Origin: an uncultured Candidatus Sumerlaeota bacterium
GTDB taxonomy: Bacteria; Sumerlaeota; Sumerlaeia; MWCT01; JAGHBZ01
Reading direction: 5' to 3'
DNA: 64,000 nt
Assembly: GCA_964608095.1 (NCBI GenBank)
Contig: CAZSMK010000026.1
Coordinates: 70,664-134,663, forward strand
The translations under genes and the position numbers were made by a program. The notes below the pieces were generated by a model. The model was not told where the DNA came from. It did not search any database and saw nothing but the letters and a program-made list of their open reading frames with translations. The first letter of the stretch is position 1. Each line of letters begins with the position of its first letter. This document shows, piece by piece, positions 49,842 to 57,789 of the stretch.

Positions 49842-51905
49842 TTATAGTTCCGGCGCTTTGTGAACCGCCGGGTCGAATACTTCAATCCTCTCTATCAAGG
49901 CTTGTGATTTTGCCAAATCAAGCGAGCCACTCGTGCCTGTTGTTTTAAGCATGTGTTTGAACCGTTCAAGGGCATTGAAGTCACGTAATCCCGCAGCTTT
50001 AGCATAGATTTCCTGATGTTCCGACATGGAAGGAATACGTGCCTCGAAGTCTTTTTCCTGCACAATACTTGCCTCTTCAAATCCTATCCTGAGACCGTTA
50101 ACGATATAATCAAAAGCGACGCTCGATTTCCCGTCATGCAATTCTCGAACAACCATTTCCTCTGTCGAGAGTGACGCCACATAGAGCCCTTTACAGTCTT
50201 CGCGGGGAGTAAGTTGCGCAGATAAGCCTATGTCTGGATTCGTAACCCATTTAAAGGTGTCGCCGAGTGATACGCGCGCTTTTCCGTTAACAAGACGCCC
50301 CGAGCCGCGGGTATAGGTAGCTACTTCATCGCCTTCCGGGGCTGCATACACAATAATTCTATCATTCTCATAAGGATGGTTCTGTACAAAGGTGCAATCA
50401 CCGACGCCGTAACATTTAGATGTATCGTGGGCGATTCTGACGAAGCTGGACTGATCGGTATCGTCGAATATGCCGCCCGCATAAGAACCAAATGCAGCGA
50501 TACCGTCATAGTGAGATGCAACCTCGACTTTACCGGTACCGTCAGTGGACTGGAAATACCCCCCTGCCTCGATTCCTTCCGCCCATAATCCCCATTCCTT
50601 GTTCTCTAAGTCTTTATACCCGCAGCGAACCTCGGCGTTCTCGTCGCTGTGAAGGAAATGACCGCCGACTTTGGCGCCCTTTGCCATTATACCTTCTTCG
50701 CGTCCTTCGCCGTCTGTATAAGCGACCCAGGCTTCGCCGGTGCCATTCGAGTCTTTGAAATAGCCGCCTGCCGAGTCGCCTTGTGCGCTCAGACCATAAT
50801 GCCCCGTTGCTGCGCTGGCTTCCCCGGAAAAGGTCTTTGTCTTGAAGTATCCGCCCTTGCTGCCCTCGCCATACACGGCGTAATCTCCCACGCCAAGCTT
50901 TGCAATGGTAAAATTTAAACCGTGCACCTCGAGCGGTGCTGTGGGAATGTCCGTACCTATACCGACGTTACCATCACCGAGATACAACGTTCCCCAGGCG
51001 CTTGTTGTTCTGTTCCACACCTGGATATATCCCCTGCTCAAGCTGGCGTTATAGGCAAGCTCAAGACTTCCACCGGTGCCGACAGCGGGCCAGCTCGGTA
51101 CTCCCTTGATACGAGCAGCACCGTCTACGTCCAGTGTTGCGGCGGGTGAGGCTGTTCCGATTCCAACGTACCCCGTACCGTCCTGGATTACCATCCTCGT
51201 CCCCGGCGTTCCGTTGAAATCATACCAGTAGATATATTGACTCCCGGCATTCCATGCATTGCTCCACTTACTAACGCCATTTTGCTGAACATCTATTCCT
51301 GTCAACACATCATTGGTGTTTAATTCAAGTCTGGGTTCGGTGTCTACCACGATAAGGTCCCCCTCGATGACCGTATTATTCAAAAATAAGCCGGCATAGC
51401 CGGTCCAAAGAGTAGTAACTGACAATACTGCGGCTGGGTGGGAGAGCGCACCGCTTATGTGAAGGGGAACGGGAAAGGAGTCGGTATTCTTCGCCATGAA
51501 CGCATAGGCAACGGAATGAAACTCTATCCTTGGAGAAAAATTTTCTTCAGCTTCAAAGGAACCGTTTGTATTCAAGTCAACCGTGACCTCGAGCCAGAGT
51601 TCGGGGTGAAGAACAAAGAACTTCTCACTGAAGGGTGAAATGGCACCCAGCTCAACCGAGAAGTGTCCTTGCACAACGTCGACAGCAGAAGCGGAGGTGT
51701 GATATTCATTCCAGAGTGAACCTCCATCCATCTCAGCATCAAACAACCAGAAGCGCATATTGTATGTTCCCGTTGCAAGGGGAACCCCGTTGCCGTCTTT
51801 GAGCATTCCCTGAATGATGATGGAATCGGAGGCAAGAAGAATATGAGTGATGAGGACAAGGGCAAGGATTACAGAAGATTCAATTATATTAAATTTGTAC
51901 CGCAT
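49842..51905 (-). CDS. Secreted tail-fibre-like beta-repeat protein, paralogue 2
   Basis: 687 aa, colinear with paralogue 1. It has the same signal-peptide, GYVGIGTASPAATLDVDG / GNVGIGTDIPTAPLEVHG and Gly-rich repeat blocks. Confidence 0.5.
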   Translation of the reverse strand: MRYKFNIIESSVILALVLITHILLASDSIIIQGMLKDGNGVPLATGTYNMRFWLFDAEMDGGSLWNEYHTSASAVDVVQGHFSVELGAISPFSEKFFVLHPELWLEVTVDLNTNGSFEAEENFSPRIEFHSVAYAFMAKNTDSFPVPLHISGALSHPAAVLSVTTLWTGYAGLFLNNTVIEGDLIVVDTEPRLELNTNDVLTGIDVQQNGVSKWSNAWNAGSQYIYWYDFNGTPGTRMVIQDGTGYVGIGTASPAATLDVDGAARIKGVPSWPAVGTGGSLELAYNASLSRGYIQVWNRTTSAWGTLYLGDGNVGIGTDIPTAPLEVHGLNFTIAKLGVGDYAVYGEGSKGGYFKTKTFSGEASAATGHYGLSAQGDSAGGYFKDSNGTGEAWVAYTDGEGREEGIMAKGAKVGGHFLHSDENAEVRCGYKDLENKEWGLWAEGIEAGGYFQSTDGTGKVEVASHYDGIAAFGSYAGGIFDDTDQSSFVRIAHDTSKCYGVGDCTFVQNHPYENDRIIVYAAPEGDEVATYTRGSGRLVNGKARVSLGDTFKWVTNPDIGLSAQLTPREDCKGLYVASLSTEEMVVRELHDGKSSVAFDYIVNGLRIGFEEASIVQEKDFEARIPSMSEHQEIYAKAAGLRDFNALERFKHMLKTTGTSGSLDLAKSQALIERIEVFDPAVHKAPEL

Positions 51906-52121
51906 GGTTTATTTTCCTTTCTATTCGAAACTTCAAAAAACCTGCTATTGGAAAACAATGAATTCGAGAAAGTCAAGAAAAAGTTTTGAGGTGGATATTC
52001 CGGATGCGGTTGATTTACGAAATAGGGATATCATAGCAAAACAGGCTTCTGCTTTTGTAAAAGCCTTGTATCCGACCGATCAGTCGGATCAGTCGGTTCA
52101 GTCCTGTAGAAACTTATATCC

Positions 52122-52445
52122 TCAGGGTTGGGGTCGATCTGACTCCTTCGTCTTCAGTGCGGACTTCTTTCGGATAAGAGATATGGTTTTGTTCATTTTC
52201 AGGTATCTAACAATACCGATGATATTGGTGATGAGTCCGACAGAGATACTTGCAACGCCGAGGGCTAAAAACCATCGTTCGCGGACGAATTGCAAAATGG
52301 TCACACCGGCAATAAACAGGGCGACTCCCGCACGCAGATATGCCAGCAGCGTTCGTTCGTTTGCCAGAACCGTACGATCGATTGCGAGCTCATCTCTCAG
52401 AATCAGGTTTTCATTTTCAAACTTTCTATAGGGTGACTGTTTCAT
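52122..52445 (-). CDS. DUF202 (YidH-like) small membrane protein
   Basis: The RT.LA repeats (DRTVLANERTLLAYLRAG) followed by 2 TM helices. 107 aa. Confidence 0.7.
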   Translation of the reverse strand: MKQSPYRKFENENLILRDELAIDRTVLANERTLLAYLRAGVALFIAGVTILQFVRERWFLALGVASISVGLITNIIGIVRYLKMNKTISLIRKKSALKTKESDRPQP

Positions 52446-52454
52446 GACAAAGCC

Positions 52455-53087
52455 TTAACTTTTTATAATCTTTTGTTTTAGTCCGACGAGCGCGTCGAAA
52501 TCGTTCTTCATAGTCTCACGGATTTCGGGAAATCTCATACCCGCGGCAGGATGATACGTCAGAAAATAACACCGCCCGTCTTTGTCTATCGTCTTTCCGT
52601 GCAATTCCTTCATGGAGCCTTTCATGCCTGAGAGATTTTTCACCGCTACTTTGCCAAGCAGGACAACAATTGCGGGCTGAATCAACTCGATCTGTGGCTT
52701 CAGCCAGTTGGCTATACATGTTGCGGGTTCGTCGTCGCGTGGTTCTCTATTGTCCGGTGGTCTGCATTTCACGCAACTGGTGATAAAGAGACGTCTTCGG
52801 CTTAACCCGGCGATTTGAAGAACCTCGTCGAGAAATTTACCCGCACGACCGCAAAATGGTCTTCCGTTTATGTCTTCCTGTTCGCCCGGCGCTTCCCCTA
52901 TGAGCATAATGCGCGACGAAACATCGCCTTCACCCGGAACGGCATGTCTCCTGTTTTTATAAAGGCGACATTTCCGGCACCGCTCTATCCCATGATGTAT
53001 ATGCTGGAGTTCCTCTGTCTTGGTAAGAGACATGTGTATAAATCCCTGAAGGCTGAAAGAACATAATCTGGTATGCGAGGTTTTCAA
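52455..53087 (-). CDS. Uracil-DNA glycosylase, family 4 (Fe-S type)
   Basis: CRKCRLYK..VPGEGD...IMLIGEAPGEQED..GRPFCGRAGKFL is the UDG4 signature. Confidence 0.8.
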   Translation of the reverse strand: MKTSHTRLCSFSLQGFIHMSLTKTEELQHIHHGIERCRKCRLYKNRRHAVPGEGDVSSRIMLIGEAPGEQEDINGRPFCGRAGKFLDEVLQIAGLSRRRLFITSCVKCRPPDNREPRDDEPATCIANWLKPQIELIQPAIVVLLGKVAVKNLSGMKGSMKELHGKTIDKDGRCYFLTYHPAAGMRFPEIRETMKNDFDALVGLKQKIIKS

Positions 53088-53359
53088 GTCAAGATATAAT
53101 CAGTGATATCCCACTACACGGCTGGCAGGTCACGCCCAACTGACGTTCCGCAGCGTCAATTTCTTAGGGCGAAGGCAAGCAGAGAGGTGTGGGTACAGGC
53201 TCATTGCTCTGCCGGAGTTTTTGATACTGTCGTCCAATTTTCGTGTTTCATACTTTTTAAGGTGCCTCACATAAATCTGTGCAATAAAAGAGTAGATAAG
53301 CATGCGCTAACTCCAGTAATCTTCGTAGTGTAGAACACAAAACGAAGGAGGAGAATAGC

Positions 53360-54045
53360 GCCTGCTACAAAAAAGTACGATTCGAAAGACTCGTGGAGTC
53401 AAGCGCCACATGATAAAAAAGATGACCTGGCAAGCCGATGAACTACTGATAGAAGCTGGATAGACATCGGAGAAGATATCTTCCCTGCAGTCGTTGTGGT
53501 AAGCGGGGAATGGTTCGCGATCGATTAAAGCCTCGCAAGTGGCGGCATGCCCCGTTGTCGGGAATACCGGTGACCATACACTACGCCCCGGCTCAAGTAC
53601 GATGTAAGAAGGGTGGCAAGATCGTGGTAGAGGACATTCCTTGGGCTCTGGGAAAATGCCGTCTTTCGAGGGGGTTGATCTGGTTACTAACAAGATGGAC
53701 CACGTTATTAGCCGGGGATGTCGTGGCTCGATTGTTTGGCGTGCATTGGAACACCGTAGCAACGGCGGTAAGACAAGCGGTGAGCTATGGTCTGAACCAT
53801 CGAGAACTGGGAACGGTTCTGTATATAGGGGTCGATGAACTCTCTCGTCGGAAAGGTCATACCTATGTAACGAATATCTATGATTTGTCTCAACGCCGTT
53901 TACTCTGGTCAGGAGAAGGGCGCAGTATCGAAACATTGGAAGCATTTTTTAAGAACATGGCGAGGCCTTACAGGACAAAGTTGTGGGAGTGTGCTGTGAT
54001 ATGTGGAAGCCCTATATTACGATGATACAGAAGCATCCTGCGGCA
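53360..54045 (+). pseudogene. ISL3-family (IS204/IS1001/IS1096/IS1165) transposase N-terminal fragment, frameshifted and 3'-truncated
   Basis: A zinc-finger-like CSRCGK..VRC segment in one frame. Then V.W.TV...V...GL, IGVDELSRRKGHTYVTNIYDL and LWSGEGRS..L..FF in the 53510 frame. CDMWKPYI continues in a third frame. There is no DDE catalytic core and there are no terminal inverted repeats. Confidence 0.6.
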
Positions 54046-54275
54046 ACCTGTTCCAAAATGGAACAGGTTGACTCTTTTTCTAACTCACCCGTTTTGTAAA
54101 TATTATTGATGTGTTTAACAATTGCAGGGCGATTCACATCAAAAAGTTTTGCAATTAAATGCGCATCAAGCCAGACAGTATCCTGTTCAAGTTTAACTTG
54201 TATTTCCGGCCCGGTTGGAGATTTGTAAATTATTATTTCGCCTTTTTTGAAATCGGCTTGCTTCATAGGACGCAT
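54046..54275 (-). pseudogene. RhuM-family protein, N-terminal ~80 aa only (truncated)
   Basis: GEIIIYKSPTGPEIQVKLEQDTVWLDAHLIAKLF..R.AIVKHINNIYKTGELEKESTCS matches RhuM N-termini. Homology stops at the 54040-54064 palindrome. Confidence 0.55.
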
Positions 54276-54877
54276 ATTAACACCATATCAACGGCTTAAT
54301 GAGTGTATAATCCAAATCTCTGGTACCTGCCTGCCGCGCCGCATCTTCACTCCACTTTCTTAATCTACCTGCTTCTAATTCTCGTTTTATACATTTTCCA
54401 CCAAAACCGGTTTTAAGTTCTTTTTCTCTTTTTACCCCCCCTCACGAGTTTCAAACGCCTCTAAAAACATCTTGCAATGCTTTATAAAATTTCTGTTCCT
54501 TTGTCATAGAACCAATCCTTACCTTGATAATCTCACGATGCTGTCCATCTTCTCTGCCCTGAAAGCTCATGCCATACGAATATCCTCAACTTTCTTCTCT
54601 CACATCCCGCCTCATTCTTTGATTTTCATGCAACATCTCTGGAGTCTTTATCTCGCTTGATGACTACCGTACTTAATAATCTCTTGTTTCCGACATCCAT
54701 AGACGTTGCCATAAAGTCATATTGTTTTCAGCGCATTACTTAATGTTTTCTGCTCGTCTTTTGAATCTTTTCCGAAAACCACATAAAGAGATGATATGAA
54801 CTCCGTAGATAGGGTGCAACAAGTATTTGAACGTCCTCGTTTTTGAAGATAGGTTAATCCTGAGCGTGCTACGCTAG

Positions 54878-55153
54878 TCAGGAATCTGGACGAATCGGCT
54901 CTGTACGTAACTTCATGCCGAGGGCATGGATAACATTGAGGATTGTGTCGAAGCGCGGGATTCGCTCCCCGGAGAGGGCTTTGTAAAGGCTTTCTCGCAT
55001 CAGGCTGGCATCACGCGCTATCTGTAACATACCCCGTGCCCGTGCGATATTGCCTAACGCTTTAGCAATAAATGCAGCATCGCCTCCTGCTTCATCGAGA
55101 CAGGCTTCAAGATACGCAGCCATCTCATCATTCATGGGTACGCAGATGTTCAT
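54878..55153 (-). CDS. Addiction-module antidote protein, HigA family (TIGR02684-like). No adjacent killer gene.
   Basis: AAYLEACLDEAGGDAAFIAKALGNIARARGMLQIARDASLMRESLYKALS. 91 aa. Confidence 0.6.
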   Translation of the reverse strand: MNICVPMNDEMAAYLEACLDEAGGDAAFIAKALGNIARARGMLQIARDASLMRESLYKALSGERIPRFDTILNVIHALGMKLRTEPIRPDS

Positions 55154-55185
55154 TTACATCATATCGTGTTGTCTTTATTTTAGCC

Positions 55186-55215
55186 ACAAAAATACTCCTG
55201 AAGATTCCTCAGGAG
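55186..55215 (-). terminator. Rho-independent terminator for the HhH-protein gene
   Basis: On the minus strand, ctcctgaggaatcttcaggag (7-bp stem) followed by tattttt. It overlaps the stop codon. Confidence 0.5.
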
Positions 55216-56090
55216 TGGGTGGCATAATGTTTTTTGCACTCGGCTTCGCGGCCGCGTACTACTCGTTTTCCTTTTAGTTCTCCGTGTTCAGCGGTTACTA
55301 CTGTACATTGGTCTTCCTCGTTGTCCTTTTTAAAATAAACGACGACCCAATCGTGAGTTTTTCCGAGTTCATGCGCCTTTGCCGTATTGGAATATAGAAC
55401 CGTGAAGCTCCAACCATTCCGCTTGGTCTTCATGAGGGGAAGCCATTTTTCGCCTTCAGGATTGAATCGTCGCGGCGCGATTTTCTTCAGTGTATCCTTC
55501 TCCGCTTTTGTACGGTACTCTTCGTCAATATCGAGAAGAAGATTGATCGAGGGAACATCAGTTTCTTTTCGCTTTTGGCGTCGACGTGCCCTGCGCGATG
55601 ACGAGCGGCTCAACATCCCTGCAAGAGCATTGATCACCCCCTCGACACGTTTTTCACCGACCCCTTCGAGCGACTCCAGCCGCCCGTCATGTGCCGCTTG
55701 CTCGAGCTCTTCCAACGACTCGATACCAAGCTCTTCATGAATACGACGAGCGAGTTCCTCTCCTATACCGGGCACCCGCGTAAAAACTCGTTCAGGAGAT
55801 ATTTCGCTCTCGAGCTTGTCAACGAGCCCGAGCCGGCCCGTTTGCACGAATTCCTGGATCAAGCCGGCAAGTTTCAAACCAATACCCGCTATATCGGTCA
55901 ATCCTTCCGCTCCCTTCTCCTTTACCAATGCCGCTATCGACTCATCTGTGTTTCTCACGGATCGAGCTGCTTTTCTATAACTTTGTATGCGGAAAGTATT
56001 TTTGTCCAGGATCTCGAGCAAATCTGCGATGTGATCGAAGGTATCGGCGATCCTGTCGTTATCTATGTTCCCGGTTACCATGAAGTTCAC
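55209..56090 (-). CDS. Helix-hairpin-helix DNA-binding protein with a PolX-type N-terminal (8-kDa/lyase + fingers) module. It has an uncharacterised basic C-terminal domain and no palm/thumb.
   Basis: NDRIADTFDHIADLLEI..FRIQSYRKAARSV...IAGIG..LAGLIQEF..TGRL mirrors the Pol beta/PolX N-terminus. A second HhH is VPGIGEELARRIHEELGIESLEEL. 293 aa. Confidence 0.5.
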   Translation of the reverse strand: MNFMVTGNIDNDRIADTFDHIADLLEILDKNTFRIQSYRKAARSVRNTDESIAALVKEKGAEGLTDIAGIGLKLAGLIQEFVQTGRLGLVDKLESEISPERVFTRVPGIGEELARRIHEELGIESLEELEQAAHDGRLESLEGVGEKRVEGVINALAGMLSRSSSRRARRRQKRKETDVPSINLLLDIDEEYRTKAEKDTLKKIAPRRFNPEGEKWLPLMKTKRNGWSFTVLYSNTAKAHELGKTHDWVVVYFKKDNEEDQCTVVTAEHGELKGKRVVRGREAECKKHYATHS

Positions 56091-56206
56091 ACCTTATTAA
56101 GGATACATCAACCGCGGTTCTCATAGTAAGAAATCTCATAACGCGCGGAACACTCGAGGCTTTGCATAAAGGTCAACTCACCCGATAGCCGCGGAGGGCT
56201 ACAAAA

Positions 56207-56650
56207 TTACCGTCTAAAAGTGCCGATATATTCTGCCGAATCAAGCACATGTTCCTTCATCGCGTCCATGACATCGCTTTTAGTGGCGCCTGGGTCGAGT
56301 TCGAGCGTAGTATCCAGGGCATAAAGTCGGAAATGATAATGATGCGGCGGGTCGCCTTCCGGCGGCATAGGTCCCCCGTATTTCATGTTCCCGAAACTGT
56401 TCTCGCCCATCAACCCAATGGTAGACTCATCCTCTTCCAAAGAACTCACATGCGATGGGATTTTGTAAAGAACCCAGTGAACCCATGGTTCTTCCTGCGG
56501 CGCATCGGGATCGTCGCATATCAGGACAAATTCTTTTGTGTCGCCCGGCACATCGTCCCACTCGAAGGGCGGCGATATATTTTCTCTTTCTCCTGTGTAT
56601 TTTACCGGCAGTGCCTCTTCATAGCCAAATGCAGCGCTTTTCAATTTCAT
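56207..56650 (-). CDS. YbhB/YbcL-family PEBP (Raf-kinase-inhibitor-like) protein
   Basis: The patterns F.L.M.DPDAP and HHY.F.LYALD. 147 aa. Confidence 0.8.
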   Translation of the reverse strand: MKLKSAAFGYEEALPVKYTGERENISPPFEWDDVPGDTKEFVLICDDPDAPQEEPWVHWVLYKIPSHVSSLEEDESTIGLMGENSFGNMKYGGPMPPEGDPPHHYHFRLYALDTTLELDPGATKSDVMDAMKEHVLDSAEYIGTFRR

Positions 56651-56910
56651 AAAATTCCTCCTTTTTGTCTTAAACTCAATACGGTAACAAAACCTTCACC
56701 TTGAATTTTATCATACTCGTCGTTTATATCAATTTCCCCTTACCGCTTTTTAGTGACTTTATTCCACCTTCAGAGCATCGCCCGGGAAAGAGATCTTGTA
56801 GCCGGACAATCCTTTTTGATAAAAATAAGTCGTATAGGGTGATTAATCCCCCCGAATTACGGATCTAATTCAAGATAAGAACGTTCTTCGGCATACGTAA
56901 AACAAATAAA

Positions 56911-57696
56911 ATGACCCATCAAAAAAGTAAACAAAGAAACAGACTTATCGCAGGAATAGACGATGCGACAAAATGCCCCTGCATCGGGAGTATTTTTATA
57001 GTGGGTGTTGTGGCGGACGATAAATCTGTGAGGAAATGGAAGTCCCTCGGCGTCAAGGACAGCAAGTTATTGACGCCGAAACGAAGAGAACATCTCGCCG
57101 GCATTATCAAGGAAACAGCTCATCAATATATTATCTGCGAACTGACGCCTTCACAGATCGACGACAAGTGCTTCAACCTCAACGAGTGGGAGATGCTGAC
57201 CGTATTACAAATCGTCTCGCGATTCGATGCGCTTGAGCAGATCGAAGAGGTCATAGTCGACAACTGGGAGGTCAAGGAAGAAAAATTTGCCGAGAGATTG
57301 GCATCGATGACAAGAAAGTCGCTCGCCAAACTCCTGAAAGAAAAGAACGTGGATATAAACCGCGAGAGGATTCCGGAGATTCTATTCAAACCCGAACACT
57401 ATGCGGATGAAACCTATACTATCGTGGGCGCGGCATCCATTCTTGCCAAGACGTCATCGGATAAACAGTATGCGGACTACAGGGAGAAATACGGAGATTT
57501 CGGAAGCGGTAGTCCGGGTGATCCACTCACGCGTCTCTTTGTATGGCAACATCGTAAAAATCCTCTTCCCATAATCAGGACAAGCTGGCAAACGTTCAAA
57601 GACCTCTCGGTTATAGAACGCATCGAGGCGGATGAGTTATATGCCACTCGAAGCGGAAACATAGCCGGTCGGCTCGAAAGGGGTACTAAAAAATAA
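56911..57696 (+). CDS. rnhB: Archaeal-type RNase HII homologue with a divergent active-site motif
   Basis: DSKLLTPKRREHL, IVDNWE, ADETYTIVGAASILAK and YGDFGSGSPGDPLTR are colinear with Thermococcus-type RNase HII. The canonical GIDEAGRGP is replaced by GIDDATKCP. Confidence 0.6.
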   Translation: MTHQKSKQRNRLIAGIDDATKCPCIGSIFIVGVVADDKSVRKWKSLGVKDSKLLTPKRREHLAGIIKETAHQYIICELTPSQIDDKCFNLNEWEMLTVLQIVSRFDALEQIEEVIVDNWEVKEEKFAERLASMTRKSLAKLLKEKNVDINRERIPEILFKPEHYADETYTIVGAASILAKTSSDKQYADYREKYGDFGSGSPGDPLTRLFVWQHRKNPLPIIRTSWQTFKDLSVIERIEADELYATRSGNIAGRLERGTKK

Positions 57697-57736
57697 CGAA
57701 ACGCGCCTTCATTTTTTTATGATGGTAAAAAGAGAA

Positions 57737-57770
57737 CCCCGGGAGAGAACTTACCCGGGGTAATTTTTTA
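57737..57770. terminator. Bidirectional rho-independent terminator between rnhB-like (+) and PFOR (-)
   Basis: ccccggg agagaactta cccgggg (7-bp stem). It is flanked by a T-run on the + strand (taatttttt) and an A/T-rich stretch on the other side. Confidence 0.55.
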
Positions 57771-57789
57771 GTGTCATACTATCGCGAAT

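Noticed and set aside
45481-51905. Intact prophage
   Set aside because: Only a terminase-like gene is present. The fibre-like proteins have Sec signal peptides. No capsid, portal, tail, lysis or integrase genes are nearby.
51847-52431. 194-aa + strand ORF
   Set aside because: It overlaps the DUF202 gene, which has a clear family signature, on the opposite strand. It has no motifs and odd composition.
53307-53945. 212-aa minus-strand ORF
   Set aside because: It runs antisense across the ISL3 transposase fragment, whose + strand homology is clear.
54300-54877. Search for a RelE/HigB killer gene or other remnant beside the HigA gene
   Set aside because: All six frames give only short ORFs under 62 aa without a toxin-like pattern. 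The area is treated as decayed non-coding DNA.
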